A DNA stretch of 64,000 nt, from NCBI GenBank assembly GCA_001599295.1, contig BCGN01000004.1, forward strand, positions 128,138-192,137, in the 5' to 3' direction. The position numbers and the translations under genes are program-made. The notes under the pieces were generated by a model. It had not been told where the DNA came from. It saw only the letters and a list, made by a program, of their open reading frames with translations, and ran no database searches. This DNA comes from Sporopachydermia quercuum. Lineage: Eukaryota. Shown here piece by piece: positions 26,309 to 37,804 of the stretch. Within the stretch, counting starts at the first letter, position 1, and the number at the start of each line of letters is the position of its first letter.

Positions 26309-27314
26309 TTGGGTAAATGGAAAAGTTAGGGTTAATGTACAATAAGGAATAAAGAGCAATGCAAGCAGTAATGATTTTCTAGAAGAGGAAATCTGTCTGG
26401 TCAAATTGGCGAAATTGGAAACCGGGTTTTATTGCGCCACACTAAGAACTATGTGCTGAGTCACCAGACTGAATATACCTATATCATCAATTGTAATATT
26501 ACATTTTTGCACTGTTACGAAGAGTAAGCAAAGCCACATAATTAGCCATATGTAGCCACGTTTTTACTTATTCAGAACTATTTTATTCTTCCCATTTGAA
26601 TCTCCAACTTTTTCAATGCGATTCAGAAGACGTTAGATGCAGCTCAGAATACTTTCCAAGAAAGATTTCTATTAAAGTTTGATTATACATATTATTGCCT
26701 CAACTTTAAATCTTATTTCTCCTCTTAGGTCGAGAACATACTTTACTCAACTATGTAGACTTATACAGAGAAGTCATTTCATATTCATTAATTTGGTTGT
26801 TTGATCGCAATTCTATTATTGAAGAAGGCTTTTTATTATATCTAAGTACGTTACGGGAATTTTATTGATATTGGCGGACAACAAGTTAGCAGATCCTATT
26901 GCATAGATATGCCCTAGGTCATTTAGTTGGAAACCCTGCATATAAATGCATACAGATACAGCAAACTCTTAAACTTTAAATGACAAGTCTTATCAGTTCA
27001 ATCAGTTAAATCATTTCTAATAAAAAGCGTCAAATTCAATCATTTAAATGTTCAAATCAACATATGATTTCCTTATCTCTTAATTTGTCAGTAACAGAGA
27101 TGTATTTTTGTTGTTTTCAAGATTATCTGTAAGGTTCTATCACTTCTTGCTTGGTACAACACATCATTTACTGCTAATAGTAAGGAAAGCGAAGAGTAGC
27201 TCTTTTGTTAATTATTAGTAAATTTCTTATCTAAAGCAATACAACACAATACATTATAATGTATGTGTCCATACTGAATATCAAAAAAATCAGTTCTAGT
27301 TCTATTCACCTTCT

Positions 27315-28640
27315 TCATACACTACTGAACTCATCCACACTTCTCAGAGAATTATAATGCTCTCCTAATCCGTAAACATGTTTATAATATACAATTTTCA
27401 GCTCAGGTTTCTTTCCTTCTTCGTTAAACCTCATTTCATCTTTACCATCAATTAAAACCAGTACAGGACACTTAAAAACTCTAGCTAATGCATATATCTC
27501 ACAGTTTCCACCCCATACAGCAGTATGCTCTAATTCATGGCAATAANTATCAATGTCTTTAACTATCAATGTTTCTTCATCTAAAAGAAAAGGAGTGAAC
27601 AAATCAGGGTTCTTTTTGATATATTCGGCAGTTAAATGACGTAACGAGGATACTGATTGAGCTATGTTATGCCGTTGAAGTAATTGATCACTGATGGAAG
27701 AGTATAAGCAATGGCCGTCAGGGATGATCTGAATATTATTATGTTAGTAACAATGTTGAAATATGAGTATGAATGGATCAAAATAAGCTGGCAAGTAGGA
27801 TAAACAGTAGGAGTAATAAATGAGGAAATGAGAAAACATGAGTGGATTATAAGATGCATGTACCTGCAAATTTTTCAACTTGCTGATAATGGACATTTTA
27901 CTCCTACTCTGTTCCACATACATGCTGCATTGCTCATTCACATGCTCATTCTCTCCGTTTCCTATATTATCATCCAAATTCCACCTTTCCTTCCTGAATA
28001 AAAAACGAAAAAATATAACAATGCTTACATCAAATTGAACTAGACCGTTCAGCTGACAGTATTCATCTACTTTTTTCAGCTCTAATTCCCTTAGATTTGG
28101 CTGATTCTTGGCTTCTTCTTCGGCTTCTTGTCGTAGTTTTTCAAGCTGCGCTTGTTTTCTTTCCTTTCTTTCTTTCTGTCGGTTCTTCCTTTGTTTCAAT
28201 GGCTGTTCGTTTATTTCGCTCTGTGGATTTTCTTGAACTTCCGCTGTTTGTTGAGGGTTGTTCAACTTTTCTAATTCTAGCTCTGCTAGTAATTTGGCAG
28301 CATTCAGCTCATCAGAATCTTCCGGAGAAATATCTCCAACAGGTTCTGGTTCCGGTTCCACTTCCAAAACAGCGGAGTTTCGGTTATATTTGAGTTCCAA
28401 TTCTTCTAACTGTAATTCATGCTTACGTAGCTGCTCAGCTTCCATTGTTTCGCATCTTTTCAGCAGCTCTTTTCGTTTTTTCCCCGAGCCTTTTGCTTGC
28501 TTTTTCAATCCTGTTATTTGAGAAACCAAATCGCGCCTCTCTTTCCTCTGCAAAGAAAGCACCTCTTCCTTAGTTGTCTCATAGGAAGAAGTAGAATTAG
28601 GTACTGATTCGCTGGCCACAGAAGATTCTTGTTCAGCCAT
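27315..28640 (-). CDS. OTU2: OTU-domain deubiquitinase Otu2/OTUD6 (2 exons, 341 aa)
   Basis: Exons 28640-28029 and 27728-27315; 300-nt intron GTAAGC..TACTAAC..CAG. Splicing restores FD|IIPDGHCLY (catalytic Cys), and exon 2 carries WGGNCEI and YGLGEHYNSL. Confidence 0.93.
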
Positions 28641-30604
28641 TATGTTAGATTATGTTGAGTTACACTAGGCTATGTTAAATTACGTCACAGGCTCTTCAGA
28701 TGTGAATAAGGATATAACTGTAGCTAAAAACAGTAACAAAGTAACAATTCCCAATGAAAGAATGTTATTAGTAGCACCTGTCAGTAAAGTTGCTCCTTGT
28801 ATGCTATATCCAGATGTCCTTAACAGAGGAGGCGATGGAAGTTGACTGGAAATCGGAATCAAACCTAGCAAAAAAGAACCAAGATTGTCCCCAAGCTTTG
28901 ATTATGAAAAAATCAAATTTGACTTTCTTTTCTTAGTATTAGCATATAGTACAAATATTGGTATGTTGATTCTAACCAATTGGGCAAGTATGCTTTCAAT
29001 CGTGGAGCTGGGGGAAATACGAGTACTAGTGTTTCACGTGCTCTGAAGCTCAAGGTAGTATTGTGGACAATTCCTGTAATGAAATTGGCAGAACAAGCGA
29101 GTATTCAGTATTATTTGCATAAGAATCTCAACAATTTCACAGAAATCATCGCTCCTTCGAGATGATTTTATGAAGATAAAAGCCAGTTTGTAAGATAAAA
29201 TTTTCGGGTAGTAAGTAGAATAAGATTTATGTTTATGCATGATTATGCAAAAGTAACTGAAGCTGGGAAGACAGGAGAAGGTAAGGCATCGGGGAATTTG
29301 GCATAAAAATATGTTGATAAATAGTCAGAACCTTTGAACTAACTAAAAACATTGTCTAAAGCTATTTAGAAGGTTAAAATATGTATTAAACCTAGAAATT
29401 TCACTAGTAACTCGGCTCTATGTCGTTAATAAGAATGTGGGAAATATGCATAGTAGAACCGAACCCAGAATCTTATTTGCCAAGCTATAAGCCTGAAGTA
29501 GTCCAACGTAACAGGAGGTATCATACTTATACGTAAGCCTACATTTGAACACTAAAGGCACAATGAAATTTTCTCAACATTCCCCAAAATGCTCGAAAAC
29601 TAGCCAAAACACTTTAATACCTAAAATCCCGATTTCTCCATTGTTCCTTCTCTTCTCTCCAGACCCCTTCCTGATGATCTCCCATCTGTATCACATAATC
29701 ATAAATTACCCAGTTTTTTTGCCAAAAGAAAAAGCATCAGATGTTTGGGTGTCAAATTTTTCAGCTGATTCTTTCGTTTCTCTTTCTGTGAAAGGTCGCT
29801 CGCTTGTAACTAAAGGATACAAAATAGTCTCAATGCTGGCTAATATATGGATAGATTACTGTTAATACGGATTATAGACATATCTTGAATATATACTATA
29901 TTTCTTATATATGTATATTATATACTATTGTTTATCCTAAGCGACAGAGGGGAACCTTGCATAAGAAAAAAGATCCATAAACAGGTATAATATACTGCTT
30001 GTACCCTACCTTATTGCTGAGCTCTTGATCTGGGACCAGTGATATTTGTCTTTATAAATTGCGTTGTATTACTATCGTAGTAAGATAAGCAAGCTAAGAA
30101 AGGATAGAATAGTATCGTCAGCAGCCTTGAAGTAGATTTTAATGTATGAACTACGCATATCAGCTGTACGATCTTTGATATTCACACATCTATTACTATT
30201 TTAGATAATCTACATACAGAGGATCACTTCTGACATTTGGCTATAGAGAACAACAATAGAAGAATAAATCAGAAATAAAAGCTACCAGAAAATATATGTC
30301 CGAACGTCTTGTTTTGTTCATTGTTGCAGCTATATGTTGATATATTGATTTAATCCTGCTTTCTATATGTACCATCTGTTGAGCTTCCGGCACTGATCAT
30401 TAGTAACATCTAGCTTCAGAACTAATATCATTAGAACAATCATTATTTCATCAAAGTACATGATTCCAATAAGTGATATCAAACAACCCCCCTGCTTTTT
30501 CATACTTAAACTAACCGCACGAGATCTTCTTTGAATCAATAAGTCTTACTTGCGTTGTCCGTCATTCAATCTCAACTCTTGCATCTACCGATCCACAGAT
30601 TACC

Positions 30605-33067
30605 ATGTCAATGCTATTGAAGCTAGGAACCATTCCACGGATCCCCGTGCAAATGGCCGCTCAAACTGTTAGAACTTCCGTTGGCATCAAAAGATATTTT
30701 CGCCCTGCTCTCAGTGGGAATATGATCGTCAACAGTACTGTTGTCACCAGATTCAACTCTACTGGTAAGCTTGATAACACCAACACTTCTTTCTTGGCTG
30801 ATGCTGTCGCCGAATCTCTTGCCGACCCTGCCAAAGAAATACATGCAGAACCAGTGAAAAAATCCCAGAAAAAGGGACCCAATGCTGGTTTCGAACGTGC
30901 TAAGGAGTTTGAAACACCAGCTGAAGCTGAGACCCGTCGTGCTGCTAACAGAGAACGATTTTTAAACCAGCTTGAAGCTGATAATACCACCCTCAAAGAA
31001 GCCATAGATACTGGTGATGTCGGAAAAGCCCTGCAGTTTTTGCAAGACACCTATTCGCGTTTTTACTCTCCTTCTCCTTTTATTGTGAAGAACCTAGTTT
31101 CAAAGCTTGTCACCAAGAATAGAGCAGGATTGACATCGCCTAAAGTATCGGACGTGGTAGACGCAATAGTAGGCAACGACTGTGCTCGCAATTCGATGTT
31201 TGAGTCTGTTTTATTCGAGCTTCTCCGCAAAAGTGCATATGAAGATGCATTGCAAGTATGGGTCAAATTTCTACAGGTTGTGAACGTTATTCCCGAAAAC
31301 ATCAAGCTTGCAAAGTCCAAGAAGAGTGCAACAGATGTTGATAGTATTCTTGACAATAGCATAACTAGCAACAACAGTAAAGATCGTGGATCTTCCGATA
31401 CTCCTCAGCTTATTGATATCAAAGAAGGAAACGTCGACTGGAGTCAATATGGACCTTCCATCGAGAAAATCTTTATGGCATCTTTTGCCTCGTTTGTCCA
31501 TCTGAGTATGAAAGACAGTATTCCGTTAACTATGGAAATCATCAGGCAAATGTTTGTAACAGAAAAACTCCCTGACGATCTCAAACTGAGACATGTGCTG
31601 ACCAAAGCAGGTTTAGGCTTCAAGAATACTCTAGCAGTTGTAGACAAGATCTCTTCTTTGCAGCTTTCTTCGGATGATCCTAATGCTCCAAGTGTTCATA
31701 CCCAGGTTGGCATGAACATTAGGGCTAACAGAGAGGCCAGAATCAACGAAATCTTGACAGAAGTGAAAAAAGTGTCTGACAGTACTGGAATCCCCCTTTC
31801 AGAGGAAACCATTCAAGAGTTCATGAAAGCTTACATTCATTTCAAAAACCTAACGAAAGTCCGCGAGGTTTGGAACTTTTTCAGTCTGGGAAACACTCCA
31901 CCTTCACTAGCATCTTGGAATCTGTTATTAAAGGCAGAATCTGTTTATGGACATAAAAGAGAGAGAAAGGCCAGTGTTCTTTCGTTGATTAAAGTGATGA
32001 AAGAACGTAATGTTGAACCTGACGCTGAAAGCTACTGCCGTTTAGCTAGATGCTTTTTCGTTTATGGAGAAATAGAAAGAGCAGATGCTCTGCTTGCTAG
32101 GATGGAAGATGGTTCATTGGGTATCAAGCCTACGTTGCTGGTATATGACGAATATATCATTGGCTATGCTTTGAAAGACCCCGAAGCAGCTCAGAGGTTT
32201 TGGTTTTCGGTTCTTGAGAAATACCCTGAATTTAAGATCTCTCTCACTGCTTTCAATGCTATTTTGAACGGATATTCAAAAGCTGGAAGCTACAATGAAG
32301 CTATGAAATTGCTTGATATCATGCCGAAATACCGTATTGAACCTGACAAGGCTACATACACTATTATTATTCATTTATGTTCAGAAACAGCTCGTAAGAA
32401 TGGCACTGTTTTGGAAATGTCTGTATTGACAGATCTACTGGATGATGCTTCTAAGAAAGGCCTGAACTTGAACGCTGTAGCATTGAATTCGATCATTGAA
32501 GCTTGCCTCAAGGGTCAAAATGATTTACCATCAGCAAGAATGGTGTTTGATTATATGAGACAAGCTCGTGATGTTAGAATGGCACCTACTATTTATACAT
32601 ACACATCAATGATAGATGGTGAGTGTAAACAAGGAAATGCTCATAATGGTGTCCAATTGCTTGAAGAAATGTACAGCAGGCGAATGCAACCTACTGCTAG
32701 CATCTGGAACATCATTTTCAAGGGATTCAGAGCGGCAGGAGATGTAGATGCTTGTATTGATTTATATACTATCATGAAATCCTCTAGAGGAAACAGATCA
32801 CAACTTAAAGAACAAGAAAAGGCAAGTGGTCTGGGTAAATACAAAGCTCCTAGGGCTAATCTTTTCACATATTTCTATGTTCTTGACTGTGTGAAAGATA
32901 GCGAGAGATTTGATTTTATCAATGAGTTGCTTGACGATATGGATAAATCAGGAATCACCAAGTTTGGCGAGGGAAGTCGAAAGATCATTCGAAATTTCAA
33001 AGATGACAGAATTGCTGTTCCTCCTACTTTGATAGCTACTGTAACTGAGCATAATCAGAAGTTCTGA
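30605..33067 (+). CDS. Mitochondrial pentatricopeptide-repeat (PPR) protein
   Basis: Basic presequence; multiple 35-aa PPR units (SWNLLLKA, PDAESY, AFNAILNGYSKAG, PDKATYTIII, PTIYTYTSMIDG, PTASIWNIIF). Confidence 0.88.
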   Translation: MSMLLKLGTIPRIPVQMAAQTVRTSVGIKRYFRPALSGNMIVNSTVVTRFNSTGKLDNTNTSFLADAVAESLADPAKEIHAEPVKKSQKKGPNAGFERAKEFETPAEAETRRAANRERFLNQLEADNTTLKEAIDTGDVGKALQFLQDTYSRFYSPSPFIVKNLVSKLVTKNRAGLTSPKVSDVVDAIVGNDCARNSMFESVLFELLRKSAYEDALQVWVKFLQVVNVIPENIKLAKSKKSATDVDSILDNSITSNNSKDRGSSDTPQLIDIKEGNVDWSQYGPSIEKIFMASFASFVHLSMKDSIPLTMEIIRQMFVTEKLPDDLKLRHVLTKAGLGFKNTLAVVDKISSLQLSSDDPNAPSVHTQVGMNIRANREARINEILTEVKKVSDSTGIPLSEETIQEFMKAYIHFKNLTKVREVWNFFSLGNTPPSLASWNLLLKAESVYGHKRERKASVLSLIKVMKERNVEPDAESYCRLARCFFVYGEIERADALLARMEDGSLGIKPTLLVYDEYIIGYALKDPEAAQRFWFSVLEKYPEFKISLTAFNAILNGYSKAGSYNEAMKLLDIMPKYRIEPDKATYTIIIHLCSETARKNGTVLEMSVLTDLLDDASKKGLNLNAVALNSIIEACLKGQNDLPSARMVFDYMRQARDVRMAPTIYTYTSMIDGECKQGNAHNGVQLLEEMYSRRMQPTASIWNIIFKGFRAAGDVDACIDLYTIMKSSRGNRSQLKEQEKASGLGKYKAPRANLFTYFYVLDCVKDSERFDFINELLDDMDKSGITKFGEGSRKIIRNFKDDRIAVPPTLIATVTEHNQKF

Positions 33068-33752
33068 GAGAGTATGATAAGAATAAGGTGAGAATAGGAG
33101 AAAAGCTTGTATAAACTGAAGAAATGGCAGTGAACTGTTTGATTATCTTGTAAATATGATACATAAGGAAAATAAACGATCAAATACATTACTATACAAA
33201 AAACAGTAGGAATATTAGTAAGTAGGAACCATTACAGTAGCTGTATTATGTATAATTATACTCCTTTGCCGGGCTTAATGTCTATTTGTCTTTAGAGTGG
33301 TTAGAAAGTGCTTCATTTCTCTACTGCCTACTATTGTCACTTGCTAGTTTATCCTTTCATGCACAACCAAGCACTTTATATTATCATGATTCATATTAAA
33401 CTCACTTCTTACTTTTGAAGTTGCTAACTATACAAGAGGAACCAAATTATGCGCAGTATTGATTACCAATTCCAAAGCCTTCCAAACAAGAATCAATCAT
33501 TATTGATATAACTGGACAAAGAGCAATTCGATGACTTGGCTCTATGGAGTGATGACGTATCAGATGTGGTACATTGCAATAGCTGTATGCTGATTATTGA
33601 ACGATTACAGCACTGTAAAACCCAGAATCATGAACCATCATTTTTCTCTCAAGCCATAGAATTGATTCAGTTAAATCGATCTCATACCCCATTAAAATCT
33701 TATGTCATTCTTACTATTTCCCTTCTCATCTTCTGAGATCCAAAACATCCCT

Positions 33753-34547
33753 CTAATTATTCTCGGTTTTTCCCATTGCCTTGTTCCATAAATCAGTTGA
33801 CCATTTCTCTATCCGAACATAAGCACTACCAACATCATCTAATGCTGGTCGAACATCTAAATAAAAAGATGGCATTCCGTTTGGCTCATCGGGTCCTGAA
33901 TAATAATCAATCACATATCTTACTTTCTTACCATTATCGCCACCACGTTGTACTGTCCAATCATGTCTATCGAATGGTGGATCAACAGCATATTTAGGCC
34001 ATATAAATCCCAGTATTTGATGTAATGTAGCCTTTGGGGTTCGATCGTTGGGTCTTCCAGTGAATTTCAGTAATCTAGGTTCGGTTTTAACTTCTTCGCT
34101 GAACGGTTTCTCCCATTTGAGGATTTCTTGCCACGCGCCTTCATTAAGAAAGTTGTGGATTTCTACCATTGACTCAACAGCATCTTCAGGAATTTCTGCT
34201 GAAGAGTTCTTACGGAGCATGGCATTAAACATCTGCTGAGGAGATGGATATTCCCAAACACCTTCTTCTGGACTGCTTCCTCTGGGGATTGATGATAAGG
34301 TTCTTTCTGTAGGTAACGGTGTTTTCTGTCCAGGGGCTCTCTGCGAAGATAAATCCGGCATGTTGTTCAAAGGGTTTAAGACAGTTCCGTCGTGATCAAC
34401 AGGGCAACCAGAGGCCTGAGATTTATTGAATTTAGCTGTGAATTTGCTATGATCAACAGGACATTTGGCGCCTGAACCGCCATCAGAAGTAGCAGGAAAT
34501 GCAACTTCCTTGTTTGAAAGTTGTTTATCAGCCCAGAACCAACCCAT
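33753..34547 (-). CDS. CYC3: Holocytochrome-c synthase (cytochrome c heme lyase)
   Basis: ATG at 34547 gives MGWFWADK; two CPV heme-regulatory motifs; WEYPSPQQMFNAM, HNFLNEGAW, FDRHDW, YVIDYY, LDVRPALD. Confidence 0.96.
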   Translation of the reverse strand: MGWFWADKQLSNKEVAFPATSDGGSGAKCPVDHSKFTAKFNKSQASGCPVDHDGTVLNPLNNMPDLSSQRAPGQKTPLPTERTLSSIPRGSSPEEGVWEYPSPQQMFNAMLRKNSSAEIPEDAVESMVEIHNFLNEGAWQEILKWEKPFSEEVKTEPRLLKFTGRPNDRTPKATLHQILGFIWPKYAVDPPFDRHDWTVQRGGDNGKKVRYVIDYYSGPDEPNGMPSFYLDVRPALDDVGSAYVRIEKWSTDLWNKAMGKTENN

Positions 34548-37500
34548 CGTGAATAGTAGCAAGAATGTTGTTTTTGAATATGATATGATGTAGTGTGCAA
34601 GCTACTAGTTGTTAGAATGCAGAATCCTTCAGATAGATTCTAATGCAAATCAAGCTGTAATACGTAGTGTATTACTCTATTTTTATCTTATCTCTTTTAT
34701 GCTGATTTCTGATGAACAGGAAAGCAGCCGTTAGAATACCTTTACACTTCACTGTCTACGTAACTCTGAGCTTATCCAAATAGATGAGGTTATCGTGGAT
34801 TATGATACACAGCGTTTATGACTCTGGCAGTATTAAATATTGTCCGAGTTTTCTAGTTCAAATAGTTACTAATTTAGTAAGGGGGATAAGTGCTTTTTGC
34901 GGTCGTTAGTAATTTACACTATGTGGAAGCCTATTGGTTGATGATAAATTGAATATGATATAAAGAGAGACTTTTGTAAGGGAAATACAAATGAACCATA
35001 CAAACAGTGACTAGATAGATCGCTTTTAGTTCAGAATACAAAAAACATTTTCTGTGATTTTGGAACACCCAATCATTTCGAATTTCGGGAGAATATGAGA
35101 GACATGCTGTAGAAGGAGATGTAAACTTGAAAGGGTAAGTCTGGAGATGGAGACAGTGAAAATGTTGTATGTGTGGTATTTGACTGGAAGTTTAGAAGAT
35201 ACAGAGAAGGATAAGGGGAAGATGTTAAAAATGTACGTTTCATATTTTAAGCTAGTTTTTGCTGTTTGTTTGTTGGATTTCATCTGGCTTTATTGCAGAT
35301 AGGAACTGCTTTCACTTATTGCTAGTGAGATACGGTGAATAATCGGAGATGTACTCATATCCTGTCATAAGACACAATTAAGGCTGAGCGAAGAGGACGT
35401 TAAATCGGTGAAGCAAAACTTTGAAATGGAAGGAAAATGAATGATAATTTGAGATAATTTGAAGTCAACCGAAAAGATTGAAGAGAATTCAAAGGAGTTG
35501 CGGGAGAAGGAAGAAGAGACCATAGACCGATGTTGCGTAATTTGCAACATGGTCAGAAGCTTATTCAAACTGGCTTTCGAACTATCATATCCTGGATTGC
35601 ATTCATTGAAGATACTTTTCATATAAATTCAATCAACTAACAACGTCGCTTTCCCCATAAAGCCTCAGAAATCATTCTACTAATCAAGAACCCCACCGGG
35701 CTACCTACCTACTTTAAATTTACCACTTGCAGCGTGACAGTCTCAATATAGGTAAAGAAGTTCCAGTTCTGTGTTCATACAGTTCCAACTTTAGAGGTAA
35801 AACCGTCACAGAATAGGCTCAACCGTGTTACCATATGTTTCATATGTGCTTGCTTAATGCTATTTTAGAATTTACTGTAACGGTCTTCCCCAGACGAGAT
35901 ATCGGAGAAACTCATCGAAAGATTAACGTTAGGAGTCTCTTAAAGTTTAGACACAATCATCAACTTAAATTATCTTATGCCTAGAGTTAAACTTAAGTAA
36001 AGAAAATTTGTTTGAAATGTGGCTGTGTACCACACTATTAACTACAATACATTGAGGAAGATCGTTTGTGCACCAGAAATAGTACATTCGCTAACTGTAA
36101 ATCATATAGATTAATGGTAACTAACTGATATTTTGAAGAAAGCTTAGTATCTACTGCTAATTATAACTATGCGATAGAAAAACTAGAGTTTCTTACTTTT
36201 AGTTAAAATTGTTCTCTAGAGAAAATCTCCAAATTTTCTTTCAATGTAAGGTCGTACCTTTCTGTAACAGCGCTTACCAAAAAACTAAAGAATAGAAAAT
36301 CTCTAACCAGCATCCCATATACGTCTTTCAGAAGAAACCAAGAAATGTTTTTGGAAGGTCAAATGGTATTCTGTTTCTACAATAGCATTCCAACATATAA
36401 CTAACAATAATTAGAACCTTGACAATTCATTCTGGAGCAGCCCAGAGTTGTGGTTAATTCCTCAATAGGCAGTTAAAACATAAGGTTTGGAGATATACCT
36501 GTAACTTTGCAGTAACTTTAACTGTATCTTCAACCCCCCTTTGTTAACCTTATCAGTTGTATTAATTTTACAAAATGTTATAGTCAATGTTCTGTAATAG
36601 AGCGTGATTTGATATTAAAAATATGAACACTATAACTACGTGCTCAGGTCTAATTTAATAATCATTTAGGAAGAGTTTGAATTTTCTCCAGCTAATAGAA
36701 CTGAATTAATATAGCAGGTTAAATGTCAATTGTAATTTGAATATGAATGAAGCGTGGTATTATCTAAAGCTATCTAATGAAAGACAATATATCTTGTCTA
36801 GAGTTTACGATTTCACCTTCTGATAATCATTTGTGTATAGAGAGGGGTTGCCCGCGGTTTTCTATTCTTACAAGTAGGTTACATGAATACAGCGGAACCT
36901 TGTCTGAAATCTCCAACCTCATAATGTACGGTGTATAAACCATTTCCCTCTTAGACTTCCTATAGGATTCAAGTTTTCTCACACCACTTTGTATCTTTAT
37001 AAATTATAAGGAAAAAATTATCATAATGCACACATTCTCGTAATTATTGATTACTAGTCCCTCGTTCCTAGTCCTGTTCCCCTGAGTCATCGGATGGGTG
37101 TGAACTGTCTGGTAACACGCTAAACCAAAACCAATCACAACAGTACTACAACCACCTCCAGGCTGTACCTCCTTCTTATCGTTTTGGTCTAGATACAATC
37201 CAACGCAAAACTTTACCCAACTGATCTCTAAGTCACATAGCACTCTCTGGATAGGCCTAATAATCATCAGTTATAACAAAATATCCTGCAATATTTCATC
37301 AACATGCATAATTATTATGTGAATTTCATACACCACATCGGGACTCCTACACTCTAGACAATAATACAAAGTTGAAGTCGTCGTAAACTTTATTTATCTC
37401 TAAGTACTCTAAAAACTCTGTCAAACTCTAACTCTTATGCAAGTTTATGTATCGCTCGGAGGTCCGACTAACTAGCCAATCACTAGTGAAAATTGACATG

Positions 37501-37804
37501 TAATTAACAAATTTTACCTCCAAACCAAATTATGAGTGACCAAACCTAGTTTGTATGGTAAATAGGGGTATATTTCTGTTGTAATCTCAGTTAAATACAA
37601 AGCAAGTTTGTATAAATAACTTCCTAGCTTCCTCCTCAAATTAAAAATCAATTGTTGATGGAAAATTATTATATTCATAATACAGTGAACAATTATTGTA
37701 TTCAGTTATAACTCTTCAAGTAAATTAAATATAGAGTCAACGTTGTAATCACGGAAGCTCTTCATACTTAAGAAGAATCAATACAGTTATAAAGTATTAA
37801 AAAA

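Noticed and set aside
27744..28028. Continuation of the 298-aa ORF past the OTU2 donor
   Set aside because: It is intron read-through; splicing at 28029/27728 restores the catalytic OTU motif.
30500..30600. Possible 5' UTR intron before the PPR gene (AACTAAC at about 30509)
   Set aside because: No nearby YAG at the spacing seen in other introns, and no clear donor.
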